64,000 nucleotides of DNA from Eledone cirrhosa (lineage: Eukaryota): positions 34,100,001 to 34,164,000 of the forward strand of contig OZ024757.1 in the NCBI GenBank assembly GCA_964016885.1, written 5' to 3'. Position 1 is the first letter of the stretch. Every line of letters starts with the position of its first letter. Below the pieces are notes generated by a model. It saw nothing but the letters and a program-made list of their open reading frames with translations. It was not told the DNA's origin and made no database searches. The position numbers and the translations under genes were made by a program. Shown in pieces: positions 1 to 12,290 of this stretch.

Positions 1-260
1 AGGAAAATCTGGAAATGTCAAAGCCTCAGCATGTGTCTGCGCAACATCAGCCACAGCATGCCCAATCCTCCACGTAGCAGGTGTTGACAACCGATGGACC
101 GCCTGACCATCAAAGTGAATCCCTTCCACAAAAAGCGAAAGAGCAAATGCTCCAGTGCTGTCAGACGAGGCTTAGGCCATGGCACGATGGTGAGGCGATA
201 GTAGATGACAGATACAATGTATACGTTCGCCTCCTTGATAATTAATTTCAAAATTAATAG
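1..260 (-). mobile_element. Tx1/L1-clade LINE ORF2 fragment
   Basis: ORF 18-251 has the post-RT signature YRLT…FRFLWKG…RGGLG. Confidence 0.7.
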
Positions 261-503
261 GCAGTCTTGACGGCCAGGACCAAGAGATCAACGACATGTT
301 ACAGAACATGATTTCTACTGTTTTCTTAGATGAACTTAAACTGTACCTATTATATATACAATATCTCTATACACAGACACATACTTGTACACAAACATAT
401 ACAAACAAGTATTTGTCTTTGTCTTAGTCTCTTTCCTTAGAAATATAGATATTATTAAGAAAAGGCTTAAAAAACAATGAAAAGCAATATCAGCAATACT
501 TAC

Positions 504-644
504 AGTGATACCAAGTATAGAAAATATACAGAGAAACCAGGAGGCTCCTTTTGAGAAGAGTGCGTCTCGTGTTGTGTCATCAATTATTCGGTATTTTATT
601 AATAACTGGTAACCAAAAGCAAACAACATGCCATACAGGGTACT
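504..644 (-). CDS. CASD1: CASD1 exon 18 (STLYGMLFAFGYQLLIKYRIIDD…LFSKGASWFLCIFSILGIT)
   Basis: ttttcag| acceptor, |gtaagt donor. Matches HGMLFAF…PLFS. Confidence 0.94.
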
Positions 645-908
645 CTGAAAATGGAACAAAAAACACATTTTTACAGAACATTTGGGTCACAAAGATTATT
701 TCTATAGATTTCATATTATATATATATATAGTAATAATAATAAATTTGAAGACTAAAATCCAAAGAGAGCTCGATAAGGATAAATATATATCAGATATAT
801 AAGAACCGTAGAGCAAATATTTATTAAAATAACAGATTTTTAGTTTCAGAAGATCCCATTAAGGGTGAAAGCAGCGATTCTTTGCTTATACTTTAATCTG
901 TTATTTTA

Positions 909-943
<35 letters not shown>

Positions 944-1384
944 TATGAGCTGAGGATCCGCTAAGGTGAAACAATTGTTCTTGGTATCTAACTGTTGTGT
1001 AACCACTTCTATATATATATATATTGTGAGATGGAGGTCATGTATGTTATGATATAAAAATCATATGTTGTTTTGTAAGATGAAGCCAGCACTCAAACTT
1101 TTGCCAGGGATCTCCAAGAAAATATGTTGGTTGATATATTAGTTCCTGTTTCCTTTTCAAAAAGAAACATCATATATTTGCTCAATCTGAGCTAATTTTT
1201 GTAAGTTGAAACATCTTTGATCATAGGTCTGCTCCATCTGAGCTGACGTTTGATCATAGATTTATTCTATTTGAGTTCATCTGTGGGCTAAAAATACTTT
1301 GAGCAATGGTTGAATGAAATGGAAAATTACAGAGGATTGTCTATTCTTTTAAAACTAGTGAATCACTGAGAGAGAAATACTCAC

Positions 1385-1489
1385 ATATCTATCTAACTGC
1401 CACCGGAACCTCCATTCTCGTATAGAGTCATCAGAGGTCACAAATAAAGCTTTAAAAGGTCGCGACAGAAACACTTTTTCAAAAAAGAC
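1385..1489 (-). CDS. CASD1: CASD1 exon 17 (VFFEKVFLSRPFKALFVTSDDSIREWRFRWQLDRY)
   Basis: ttacag| acceptor, |gtgagt donor. Matches FEKIF…EWWFRWRLDRY. Confidence 0.96.
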
Positions 1490-2489
1490 CTGTAAGATTA
1501 AAAAACAAAAAACAACAACATTAGGACACAATTTCTGGTAAATTATATAAGCTAATTATATTGCCTTTCATCCTTACGGGGTCGATAAAATAAAGTACCA
1601 GTAATGCACTGGGTAATTGCTGGCCTTGTGTCTAAAGTAGAAACAATTATATAAGCTAAGTGGAAAAATGGGTTTTATCTCTCATTCAAGGGGCCAGCTC
1701 TGTCACACATTGAATCTCCCTGAATATGTCTGTGGAATGCTCAGTCACTTACACATTATTTGCATGAACAAGCTGTTCCATTTATTGAATCAACTGGAAC
1801 CCTCATCTTTGGAAATGACAGTGGTCCAACAACAATACCATATTTCTAATGAAAGACACTGTTAATGTGTTTCTACTAATTTTGAAAATATAAAAAAAAT
1901 TGGAGAAATTTAGTTAAATATATATCTTTCTCATTAGTAAGCTTATGTTTGGGATATTATTTAACAAATATTTCTTACATAAAACTATATTCAAAGTTTT
2001 TAATATAGTGGGTTTGACTCCCATGTACTCATCTTTTTCTATTTCTTAGAGGGTTCTAAACCCCACTATCAGGCTAAAACTTCTTTAGTCAAAAAATACG
2101 GTGAAAGCTTCTATTTTCTGATTTAAACATAAACAGTTTAATCCTTTAGCATTTAAACCGACTGTATCCGGCCAGAATTCTCTCACCTCTTTCTGTTCAA
2201 ACCAGCTGTAACTAGCCACTCATACTGATGTTAAGGTATTGTTTTCAAAATAAATAATATCAAAATCTCATAGATTCGACATTATGTGAGATATTCTGTA
2301 TGAGCAAGACATGGTCACCTGACCCATCATTTCCCACAACAGGATAACTCGTCCAACCCATTCTAGTGTGGAACATAAAATGGACATAAAATGGTGATGA
2401 TGATGATGAATTATGTGAGGTAAAGCCTTTAACACGAAAATACAAAGTACATACAGAGTAATGCAAATGCTAAAGGGTTAAAACAAGTA

Positions 2490-2679
2490 CAGTATATACT
2501 CGAATATAAGCCGAGGATTATGTGACCAAAAAAAATCGATTGTAAAATTGAAGGTTGGCTTATATTCACAATCTAAACATAATAGGTTGATTAGCTGCCT
2601 CAGCTTATAAACAGAGTTTGGATTTTTGCCCATTTTCAGACATAAAATAGGGGGGCGGTTTATATTCAAGTATATATGG
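2490..2679. mobile_element. Tc1/mariner-type MITE
   Basis: TIR cagtatatactcgaatataagccg / cggtttatattcaagtatatatgg, flanked by TA. Confidence 0.7.
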
Positions 2680-2801
2680 TAGTTTCTTTTATCATAAAAC
2701 CAAGAGGGGGTTTCAAGTGGATTGGTACGAAAAGGGTTCATACTCAACCACTTTTTAAACTCATTTGTAAAGTAAAACATAGGAAGAAAATATGAACTTA
2801 C

Positions 2802-2878
2802 TTCTGAAAGGTAAAATAATGTAATAAGTACTGCCAAGATAATAAACTTGGATACCATGTAGATATAGTGGAAGTTGA
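2802..2878 (-). CDS. CASD1: CASD1 exon 16 (FNFHYIYMVSKFIILAVLITLFYLSE)
   Basis: attatag| acceptor, |gtaagt donor. Phase 1 to 0 fits; the TM segment is at the expected position. Confidence 0.88.
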
Positions 2879-3283
2879 CTATAATATAAAATATAAAATA
2901 GTGAGTTAGTGAGTAATATAACGTAGTAAATATATTACAACTTAGACGTAGTAGAATAAATGATAGAATAGTGACATAGTGCAGGCAAAACAGAGCAATA
3001 TAACACAGTAGACATATGAGAAGTTGGATACAAGGTTTGATTTAATCAACTTTCCCCTACCCCAAAATTGTTGGCCTTGTGCCTAAAATCAAAAGCCATT
3101 ATTATTATTATTAACCTCGGTGGGGTTATGAGTTCAAATCCCGCTGAGGTTAGCTTTACCTTTCATCCTTACGGGGTCGATACAATAAAGAACCAGTCAT
3201 GCACTGGGGTCGATTTAGTTGACTTTTGCCTCCCCCAAAATTGTGCATAAATCAGAAACCATTATTATTATTATTATACTTAC

Positions 3284-3440
3284 ACTCTCCTGTTAGTTTG
3301 GAGACATGGGGCCAGGCGACCATAGTAATGTAGACAACTATGTACCAGAAAGACACCAGTGGTACAAAGTAGTAGAACTGGTAGGCTCTGTCCATTACAA
3401 AACACAAAGTAAAGACAAAACAATTCAACCGAAACAGAAC
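3284..3440 (-). CDS. CASD1: CASD1 exon 15 (VLFRLNCFVFTLCFVMDRAYQFYYFVPLVSFW…)
   Basis: ttgcag| acceptor, |gtaagt donor. Matches VLFRLNF…MDRPYQFYYFVPLV. Confidence 0.97.
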
Positions 3441-3949
3441 CTGCAATGACAAGAAATATAAATAAATACATTTATTAATTAAACTGTTTGAAAAAGTCAT
3501 TAAGAAAGTCACAACAATACAATTAGAAATAAAGTGAAGAGTGAGAACTAGTTTTACCTTATTTGTTTCAATATTTCAACCATAAAATGCCCTTGTCATT
3601 AGAATTGATTTATATTTGATATTTATTGTTTAAAATGTGCCCAGTACACTCTGTAAAGTGGTAGTGCTGGTCCCATGATTAAATGCACCCAGTACACTCT
3701 GGATAAAGTGGTACTGCTAATGCCACAATAAAATGAACCCACTACACTCTGTAAAATGGTAGTGCTGAGGCTATGATAAAATGCACCCAGTACACTCTGT
3801 AAAGGGGTTTGACATTAGGAAGGGCATCCAGCTGTAGCAATCATGCTAAAATATGGAACATATGAGCAAGATGTGGTTATCCAACCATGTCTTGTTTTGG
3901 ACCGTGATAACCTGTCCAACCCATGCCAGCATAGAAAATTGACATAAAA

Positions 3950-4225
3950 TGATAACAGTGGTGATGGTGATGATGATGATAATGATGCTGATGGTGGTGA
4001 TGGTAATAATGATGATGATCATCATCATCACCATCATCATTTTACGTCTGCTTTTCCCTGCTTGATGATGATGATAATGGTGATGATAATGATGATGATG
4101 ATGATGGTGGTGGTGGTGATGATGATGATGATGGTGGTGATGATGGTGGTAATGATGACAACCATGGTGGTGATAGTGGTGATGGTAATGATAATAAGGG
4201 TGATGATAATGATGATGATGATGAT
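3950..4225. repeat. (TGA/TGG)n microsatellite
   Basis: Source of the poly-His and poly-Ser ORFs. Similar tracts at 35085-35480 and 51535-51695. Confidence 0.9.
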
Positions 4226-5444
4226 TTAACATGGTTGTTTTCACAAAACAACAAAAATATAAAAAATAAAGAGATAAATAAATACAATATTTCAAATATG
4301 ACAGTCATGTCAGTGTGATAAAGTAGTTCATCTTGAAACAATGTGCTCCCTGGTTCAACCCACAGCACCGTGCCTTAACCCATTAGCATTTATATTATAT
4401 TTACTATTACGGCCCTTTATGGCCTGAGTTCAAATCCCGCCGAGGTTAACTTTGCCTTTCATAATTGCTCGCCTTGTGCCAAAAGTAGAAACAATTATTT
4501 TCAGAGCAGTGGATGGTCAGTATCAGTAGAGTGTTGGATAACATGCTTTGCAGCTTATAGTTAAGTCCATTTATATTCTGAGTTCAAATCTCACCAAGGT
4601 TAACTTTGCCTTTCATCTTTACAGGGTCACTAGTAATGCACTGGGGTCGATTTAATTGACTTCCCCCTTTCCCAAAAATTGTTGGCCTTGTGCCTAAATC
4701 AGAAATCATTATTTTATTTCAGAATGTTTTGTGAAGTAATGTTCCAAACATCAGCTTACTAATGTAAATGTTATGTAGTTTACTAAATTCCTCAAAATTG
4801 TTGATTATTTACAACTCTTTCTGGAACCGTTCCTTCAGGAATTGTTGAAACCAGCACAACGATTCATCTACCACCTCTTCTAAATAAAGTGAAAACAAAT
4901 GTTCAAAGATGTTGCTTTAACCCTTTAGCATTCACATTACTTTATATATACTATTATATTTTCATGATAAATGCTTTATCTCAAATAATTATCTCACATA
5001 ATATCGAATCTATGAGATTTTGAAAGAATTTATTTTGAGAACAATACCTTAACATCAGTTTGAGTGACCAGTTACAGCCAGTTTCAACAGAAAAAGGTAG
5101 AGAATTCTGGTCAGTTTTGGCCGGTTTGAACATTAAAGGGTTAATAACTTGAACACCCAACGATTGCTCACATTTAAGTCGGGACTATAGGGTGATTGTT
5201 TCATCATTGCCATTCTTCTCCTTTGGAAAAAATCTTTTGTGGATTGAACACTTCGATGTGTATATTATAAACTCACAAGAATGACAGCAAAATAATTAAT
5301 CATAGGCCTGTGACAAAATACAAAATTCGTACAGGATATCACACGTGTACAACAAAGTTCAAATTCCAACTAATATTAACTACATTTACTGCTATATACA
5401 GCACACACAGCCTACTATTCTAAAGACTTTATTGCCATACTAAG

Positions 5445-5475
<31 letters not shown>

Positions 5476-5522
5476 ATATATATATGTGTGTGTGTGTGTA
5501 CATATGTATCAATGGATATATA

Positions 5523-5565
<43 letters not shown>

Positions 5566-5581
5566 TGTGTGTGTGTGTGTG

Positions 5582-5612
<31 letters not shown>

Positions 5613-5948
5613 ATATTTATATATATACAAACCTTATGAATTATTTAAGTGCTGAGAGTATTTGCAATTTGAAAGAGTCCTAAATGCAGAAAATAACTGG
5701 AACAAGTCAATCACTACAGATAATAGTTAAGAAAATTGGTTTTGGCTAGGTTAGTATTAAAAGAGTTAAACACATATTTGGTGTTGTTATTAATAACTAG
5801 CTACAAGTCACCACAAATACAGTTGACCTCTGATCCAAAGCTTTCCACACTTGTTCATCTCATAGTAGTTTTGTCAGATCTAGCATATCTAGGACTACAT
5901 TTCTCTTTTTTTTAACCTTTTAGCATTTACATTACTCTATATTCAATA

Positions 5949-6428
5949 CTAGCCGAATTACCCGCGCCTTGCTGCGTTTCACACATTTTTTTTGTAAGAA
6001 AATGATGATTGATTTTAATTCAGTGATATAATTTATGGAGAAAAACTCTGCATTTCAATATTACTCAATGTAAAATGTAATGCATGAAAAATTGGAAAAC
6101 ATTATTTTTTGTAGTGGATTGGCAGTATCGGTAGAGGGTCGGACGCCATGCTTTGCAGCAAAGAGTTACGGCTCTTTATGGTCTGAGTTCAAATCCCGCC
6201 AAGGTTAACTTTGCTTTTCATCCTTACGAGGTCGATAATTGCTGGCCTTGTGCCAAAAGTAGAAACAATTGTTTTTTGTAATATATCAAATCAAAATTAC
6301 ATTATTAAATCTTATTCTTATTTTGTTTCTTGTAAATAAATTTTTTCAAAATATCAATTCAAAACTTTTGTGAATAGGCATCATATCCGTCTAACCTATG
6401 CTAGCGTAGAAAATGGACGTTAAACGAA

Positions 6429-6476
<48 letters not shown>

Positions 6477-6693
6477 CTTGTCATTTACCTATGGTTTAAA
6501 TTTCATATAAATCGAAGAAAAAAAATTTGAGCCTCCGGGGAACCCTTTGATTAAAATGAAATATACGTAAGAAATCAAATGGGCATGAGCCCCACACATG
6601 TGTCAAGTTTTATCAAGATTGGTTTGGTAGCTTTTGAGTTTCACAAACACACACACACACAAACAGACAGAAATTGCCATTTATGTATATAGA
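5949..6693 (-). mobile_element. Non-autonomous Helitron
   Basis: On the minus strand it starts A|TC and ends CTAG|T, with a GC-rich subterminal hairpin and no TSD. It splits a piggyBac-type MITE. Confidence 0.7.
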
Positions 6694-8599
6694 TTATATT
6701 TTCATGGTAAAGGCTTTATCTTACATAATTATCTCACATAATATCGAATCTATGAGATTTTGATATTATTCATTTTGAGAACAATACCTTAACATCAGTA
6801 AGATGTGAGAGAATTCTGGTTTAAATGCTAAAGGATTAAATATCAAACTTCAGATAAGGGTGGTAGATTGGTAGAATTGCTAGAGTCTCAGACAAATATT
6901 TTCACAACATTCAAGTAGCGCCCTTGACATTCTGAGTTCAAATCCCACCAAGTCAACTTTATGCTCATCATCATCATCATCGTTTAACGTCCATCTTCCA
7001 TGCTAGCATGGGTTAGATGGGAGTTGTCCCAATTTGAGACAAGGTTGGCCGGGTGACCGTGTCTCGCTCGTATAGGACTATCTGGCAGGTTTTCTACAGC
7101 TGGATGCCCTTCCTAACACCAACCACATTTACAGTGTGGACTGGGAACTTTTTACCGTGTTACCTACATGGCCACATTACAGTGTGGACTGTGTGTTTTT
7201 TTGTTGTAACACCTACACGATCTCGATCTCATTATCTCATTAATTTGGACTGGATGTTGTGGTACCAACTTTACAGAGAAAGGGTGGTGTTGGTGGGAGT
7301 GGGAGGATGGAGTAGGGGTAGTGGGTTGGGGTGTATATTTGGTTAAGGGGTGCCTACTGACTGTAGGTTTTGCTTTGTACATAGGCAAGGCATGTCTTCT
7401 GTATTACTGCGTGGCGCCAAAGATCTCGGTCCAGTGACATTGTCTTAGTAGGTGCAAGTGTGTAAAGAAGGAATTTATCAAATTGTCATATATATATATA
7501 TATATATGAGCAAAAATAACAAAGTAAGCAACACAGTACAATGAAGGAATATATTAGTTTAACGCTTGGTATAGTATGAAAAGAGTTTGAAAGTTTTGGA
7601 CACTAGTCCTTCATCATATACATACATATATACACTCACACACACGTTTATACATATATTATACAGACACACGCATGCATACATATGTGTGTGTGTTTGT
7701 GTGCATGTGTGTTTATGTAAGACTATGGGAGAAAAGACCAATGTAAATGTTAGCTAGCACTACAAGTAATACAAACTACAAGGTTAAGAGATTAACATTA
7801 CATCACTTCAATCCCAACTGAGATATTAGTGGTGTTTTATGAACATCGGGTTGATAGTGGCCTTCTGGTTAGGGAGTCAGGCTTGCAATCATAATGTTGT
7901 GGGTTTGATTACTGGGCAAGGTGACACATCGTGTTCTGGAGCAGAACACTTCATTTCATGTTGCTCCAGTATACTCAGCTTGAAATGAATACCAGCATTA
8001 TCTGGGGCTTACCCCCTGTGATAGACTGGTGTCCTGTCCAGGGTGGAGGGAGTCTGGTCCTTGTAGATGCTGAATGCTGAGGAAACCAGGATAAGAACTG
8101 GTCAGATGAGTCACCAGGATTAGGACAGACTTTAAACCTGCGATAGACTAGCATGCTGTCCAAGAGGGTGGTAGAGTCTTGCACTTTTAGTTGCTTAACA
8201 TTGAGAAAACAGAGATAAGCATCAGCCTCATGAGCTTTGGGTTTGGAGTAAAAGGAGACATGCCACTTATTGTATGATAAAAATTGAAGGAGTTGGTGGG
8301 GATGGGCATGGTTAGTGAGGAAGAGAGGTTAAGATATGGGTAGATAGAAACATGCAGTTATATCAATGGTGGTTGATATCACAGCAAAACAGTAGCAGCT
8401 CTTAGCAAACAAAGGCTGTGGGAAACTAGATATTAACTACAATGTAACTGAAAGAGAGAGAGGCAGACAGAGAGAGAGAGAGAGAAGAAAGATAGAGGCA
8501 CATGGCATAGTGGTTAGGATGTTGATCTCATGATCATAAGGTCATGGGTTCAATTCTTGGACTGGACAGTTCATTGTTGTCTTGAGTTTCATGATAGGA

Positions 8600-9165
8600 C
8601 TATGGCCTCTATCATTAAAACAGCCAAGAAACTCATGAGATGCAACCTCATAAGAGGCCAGCTAAACCTACATAGGTGTAAGCTGTAAGAACAACATATG
8701 TATGAGTATGTGTATGATAGAAATGGGGCTCCAGCCAAGACACCTTCTATGAGATGCAATCTTAATAGAGGCCTGCTAAACATACATAGGTTTGAGCTGT
8801 AACAACGACATGCTAGGACTGGGGCCCTTCTCATTAAAACAGCCAACAATATGATAGAACATGGGGCCCTATCATTAAAATACTCAAGAAGCCTCCCATG
8901 AGATGCAACCTTGTAGGAGGCCAGATAAATCTACATAGGTGGAAGCTGTAACAACAACATGGTACAACAGGGGCCCCTCTCCTTAAAACACCTTAGAAAC
9001 CTCCTATGAGATACAGCCTTGTAGGAGACTAACTAAACCATTCATAGGTGTGAGCTGTAACAACATGATAGAACTGGGGGCCCTATCATTAAAACACCTA
9101 AGAAACCTCCCATGAGATACAACCTTGTAGGAGGCTAGTTAAACCTGCCTAGGTGTGAGCTGTAA
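8600..9165. repeat. Diverged tandem repeat of about 110-120 bp, about 5 copies
   Basis: Recurring ggggccctatcattaaaaca…atgagatgcaacc…cataggtgtgagctgtaa. Confidence 0.8.
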
Positions 9166-9499
9166 ATTTCATTTTGTCTTTTTTTAAAAACTAGAGTGTA
9201 ACTCAAAAGGAGCGGGAAAGAGAGAAAGACAATGTGAAGAGAGGAAGAGAGAAAGAGAAAGTGTGAGAGGCTGAGAGAGGTTGAAAACTTACTTCTAAAA
9301 GGCGGTAGATACTTTTCTTTCTTGTATGCCAATAGAGGGACATATGGCAACACCCACGCTGAAAAATAGGATGGGTATACGGTGAAGAGCCTTTCACTGA
9401 GGTAAGAAGCTAACTTAGAGAGGAAAGGTTCAAGAGAATTACGCAAATATTATGCATTGGTCATCTTGAAGTTAGTGAAAGCTGATCCTTATATGAACT

Positions 9500-9900
9500 A
9501 CACTGGTTCAATCAAGGATAGGGCCACTTCTTAGCCCCAGATGATATAAGGTCCATTACTAAACTCAACTGCTATAAGATCACTCTCTAACCCTAGCTAA
9601 TATAGGGGCCCCTGCCTAACCCAAGATAATACAGGGCCACTTCTTAACCCCAGATGCTATAAAGTCACTCCCTAACCCTAGATGATATAGGGCCCCTCTT
9701 TAACTTTATATGATTTAGGGCCCTTACCTAACCCAAGAGGATACAGTGCTGCTCCCTAATCCCAGATGATATACAGCTGTTATTTAACTCTTGATGACAC
9801 AGGGTCTACTACCTAACCCCAGATGAGATAAGGCATACTATGTAACCCAGTAACCCCTGATGACATAGGGCACCGCTATATAGTCCCAGGTGATATGAAA
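9500..9900. repeat. Diverged 28-bp minisatellite
   Basis: taacc(c) recurs at 9588, 9617, 9645, 9673, 9701, 9729, 9757, 9785 and 9814. Confidence 0.85.
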
Positions 9901-10616
9901 TTAAGCGCAAAAGGAACAAATCTCTTCCTGAACAGAAGTGTTGTTTACCACAGGTTTGGTTAAACATGCAGAACCAGGTTTTGTGTTAGCAACCTCGGAC
10001 ACAACGGAGTGCCATCATCAGCATCAGCATTTAATGTCTATTTTCCATGCTAGCATGGATTAAACGGGTTTGTCCCATTTGAGGCAAGTTGGGTTGGCTG
10101 ACCGTGCCTTGCTCGTATAGGACTGCTTCTGGCTGGTTTTCTACAGCTGGATGCCCTTCCTAACGCCAACCACATTTACAGTGCGTGCTGGGTGCTTTTT
10201 GCTTGGTCTCCTACGCAACCACTTTACAGAGTGTGCTAGGTGCTTTTTGTCGTGTCACCTACACAACCACTTTACAGTGTGGGCTGGATGTTTTGTGGTA
10301 ATGTGCACAGTAGATATAATATATACTCTGTTTACCTGTCAATCCAATGTCCAATAACTTTTACCAACTTGACCATTTCAGTTCTATAGCCTGGGGGATA
10401 CTAAAATTAGGTGTTTAAAATACCACAGTACTTAAAATATTCAAACATTAACTGAATGAGCACTTGATAATTGTAGGTAGAGTGGAAAACTGGCAGTGAC
10501 TTCGAAGTTTCAGCTTGGCAGCTTCTTCTGGCTGCCAAATAAAGCTACCAAGTTGATACTTCAAAGTTCCTTTTCTACTCTGAAAAATACATATTCTGAG
10601 AGAGAGAAATAGGGAA

Positions 10617-11042
10617 TGGGAGGTGGTGGTGGTGGTGGCTATGATGTGGATGATAGTGGCAGTGGTAATGATGGTGGTGGTGGTTCTGACGTGGATGATA
10701 GTGGCAGTGGTGATGGTGCTGGTGGTTTTGATGTGGATAGGGGCAGTGGTGGTGCTGGTGCTGGTGGTTTTGATGTGGATAGGAGCAGTGGAAATGATGG
10801 TGGTGGTGGTTTTGATGTGGATAGGGGCAGTGGAAATGATGGTGGTGGTGCTGGTGGTTTTGATGTGGATAGGGGCAGTGGAAATGATGGTGGTGGTGGT
10901 TTTGATGTGGATAGGGGCAGTGGAAATGATGGTGGTGGTGCTGGTGGTTTTGATGTGGATAGGGGCAGTGGAAATGATGGTGGTGGTGTTGGTGGTTTTG
11001 ATGTGGATAGAGGCAGGGGAAATGATGGTGGTGGTGTTGGAG
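10617..11042. repeat. 42/48-bp G-rich minisatellite
   Basis: Unit ggtggttttgatgtggataggggcagtggaaatgatggt. Produces ORFs on both strands. Confidence 0.9.
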
Positions 11043-11206
11043 TTCCTGATGAAGTCAGTTGAGGAATATACCCAGGCAATTACAAACACTGGTGGACAAT
11101 GGTGGTGCCTATATAGAAGTTTAACATTGTACTGTACTTCTACCATTTTAATGTTCAAAATAAAATATGTTTTATAAAAATTAACCAATAAATAATAAAT
11201 AATAAA

Positions 11207-11540
11207 CCTTCGGTCACGAATCACCATGAGATTTGAACCTAGAATGCTCCCCTCCGAGGCACAAATCCAGACAAGATTGTGTGTGGAAGACCAGCAGTCG
11301 CCAATGCATAACAGTCTCCCCACTCCAAGCCACTGATGTTGTCCAAGGGAGAGGCAGCAAAGGCCAATGCATCTTGGCACCAGTGACGTCACAACTCATT
11401 TCTACAGCTGAGTAAACTGGAGCAACATGAAATAAAGTGTCTTGCTCAAGGAAACAACACAAAGCCCAGTCTGAGAATTGAACTCACAACTTCACGATTG
11501 CAAGCCCTACACTCTAACCACAAAGCCATGCAACTTCACA
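11207..11540 (-). mobile_element. tRNA-derived SINE, third family
   Basis: Same head as 25928-26271 but a different body ending catggt..ttcgtgac. Copies at about 36085-36398 and 37630-37880. Confidence 0.75.
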
Positions 11541-11542
11541 TA

Positions 11543-11577
<35 letters not shown>

Positions 11578-11607
11578 AAATGTGTGAGATCCTTGGTACA
11601 GTTAGGC

Positions 11608-11947
11608 ATATTTGAAAAAAAATAAAAAAGAATGACTTCACTTGTAGTGTTAAAAAATGTTTTTGATTTAATTTTATAATATAATATTATGAGTTGGTAG
11701 ATCCAGTAAGTTCTTTGTTAACTTCGGTGGGAAGAATTTTTTAGATTCCTGGTTAACTTGGGTTGAGACAGATGAATGCGAGAAAGTTCTCCAACCCAAG
11801 TTAACCAGGAATCTATAAAATTCTTCCCACCGAAGTTAACAAAGAACTTACTGGATCTACCAACTCATAATATTATATTATAAAATTAAATCAAAGAAAT
11901 TTTTTAACACTACAAGTGAAGTCATTCTTTTCCTTTTTTTCAAATAT
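11608..11947. repeat. Long inverted repeat (arms of about 160 bp, spacer of about 19 nt)
   Basis: 11608-11768 is the near-perfect reverse complement of 11788-11947. Confidence 0.95.
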
Positions 11948-12170
11948 ATATATATATATATGTAAATACGGGAATGGTCAGAAGACCATGTCTCACCTGC
12001 CAGTGCGAGTGAGACATGGTCTCCCGACCATTCCTGCATCAAATGGAACAAAACCATCTAACCCATGCTAGCGTGGAAGATGGACGTTAAACAATGATGA
12101 TGATGATGATGATGATGAAATAATAAGCCAAAAACCCCCAAAACTTTGAAAAAGATAAATTATGCCCTAC

Positions 12171-12290
12171 CTGGCAATATCGGAAGAGACCATACTCTCC
12201 TTTCTGCCAGAAATACGTAAAATGTCCGTATCCTGAGAGGAAGAGATATGAAGACACTAAAACGCGAATATGCATGTAGATTGGTAAAAC
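12171..12290 (-). CDS. CASD1: CASD1 exon 14 (VLPIYMHIRVLVSSYLFLSGYGHFTYFWQKGEYGLFRYCQ)
   Basis: ttccag| acceptor, |gtaggg donor. Matches LPVYMHIRVLVAAYLFQTGYGHFSYFW. Confidence 0.97.

Noticed and set aside
3846-4368. Poly-His and poly-Ser ORFs
   Set aside because: (TGA/TGG)n microsatellite adjoining a SINE tail.
9500-9900. CRISPR-like periodicity in the 28-bp array (also the 69-bp and 77-bp arrays)
   Set aside because: Units are contiguous with no unique spacers, there are no cas genes, and the context is a eukaryotic intron.
10448-11392. Four overlapping long ORFs (314, 148, 184 and 146 aa), including a Gly-rich GGFDVDRGSGND repeat
   Set aside because: A minisatellite with unit lengths divisible by 3 is open on both strands. 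The 314-aa ORF starts inside a SINE.
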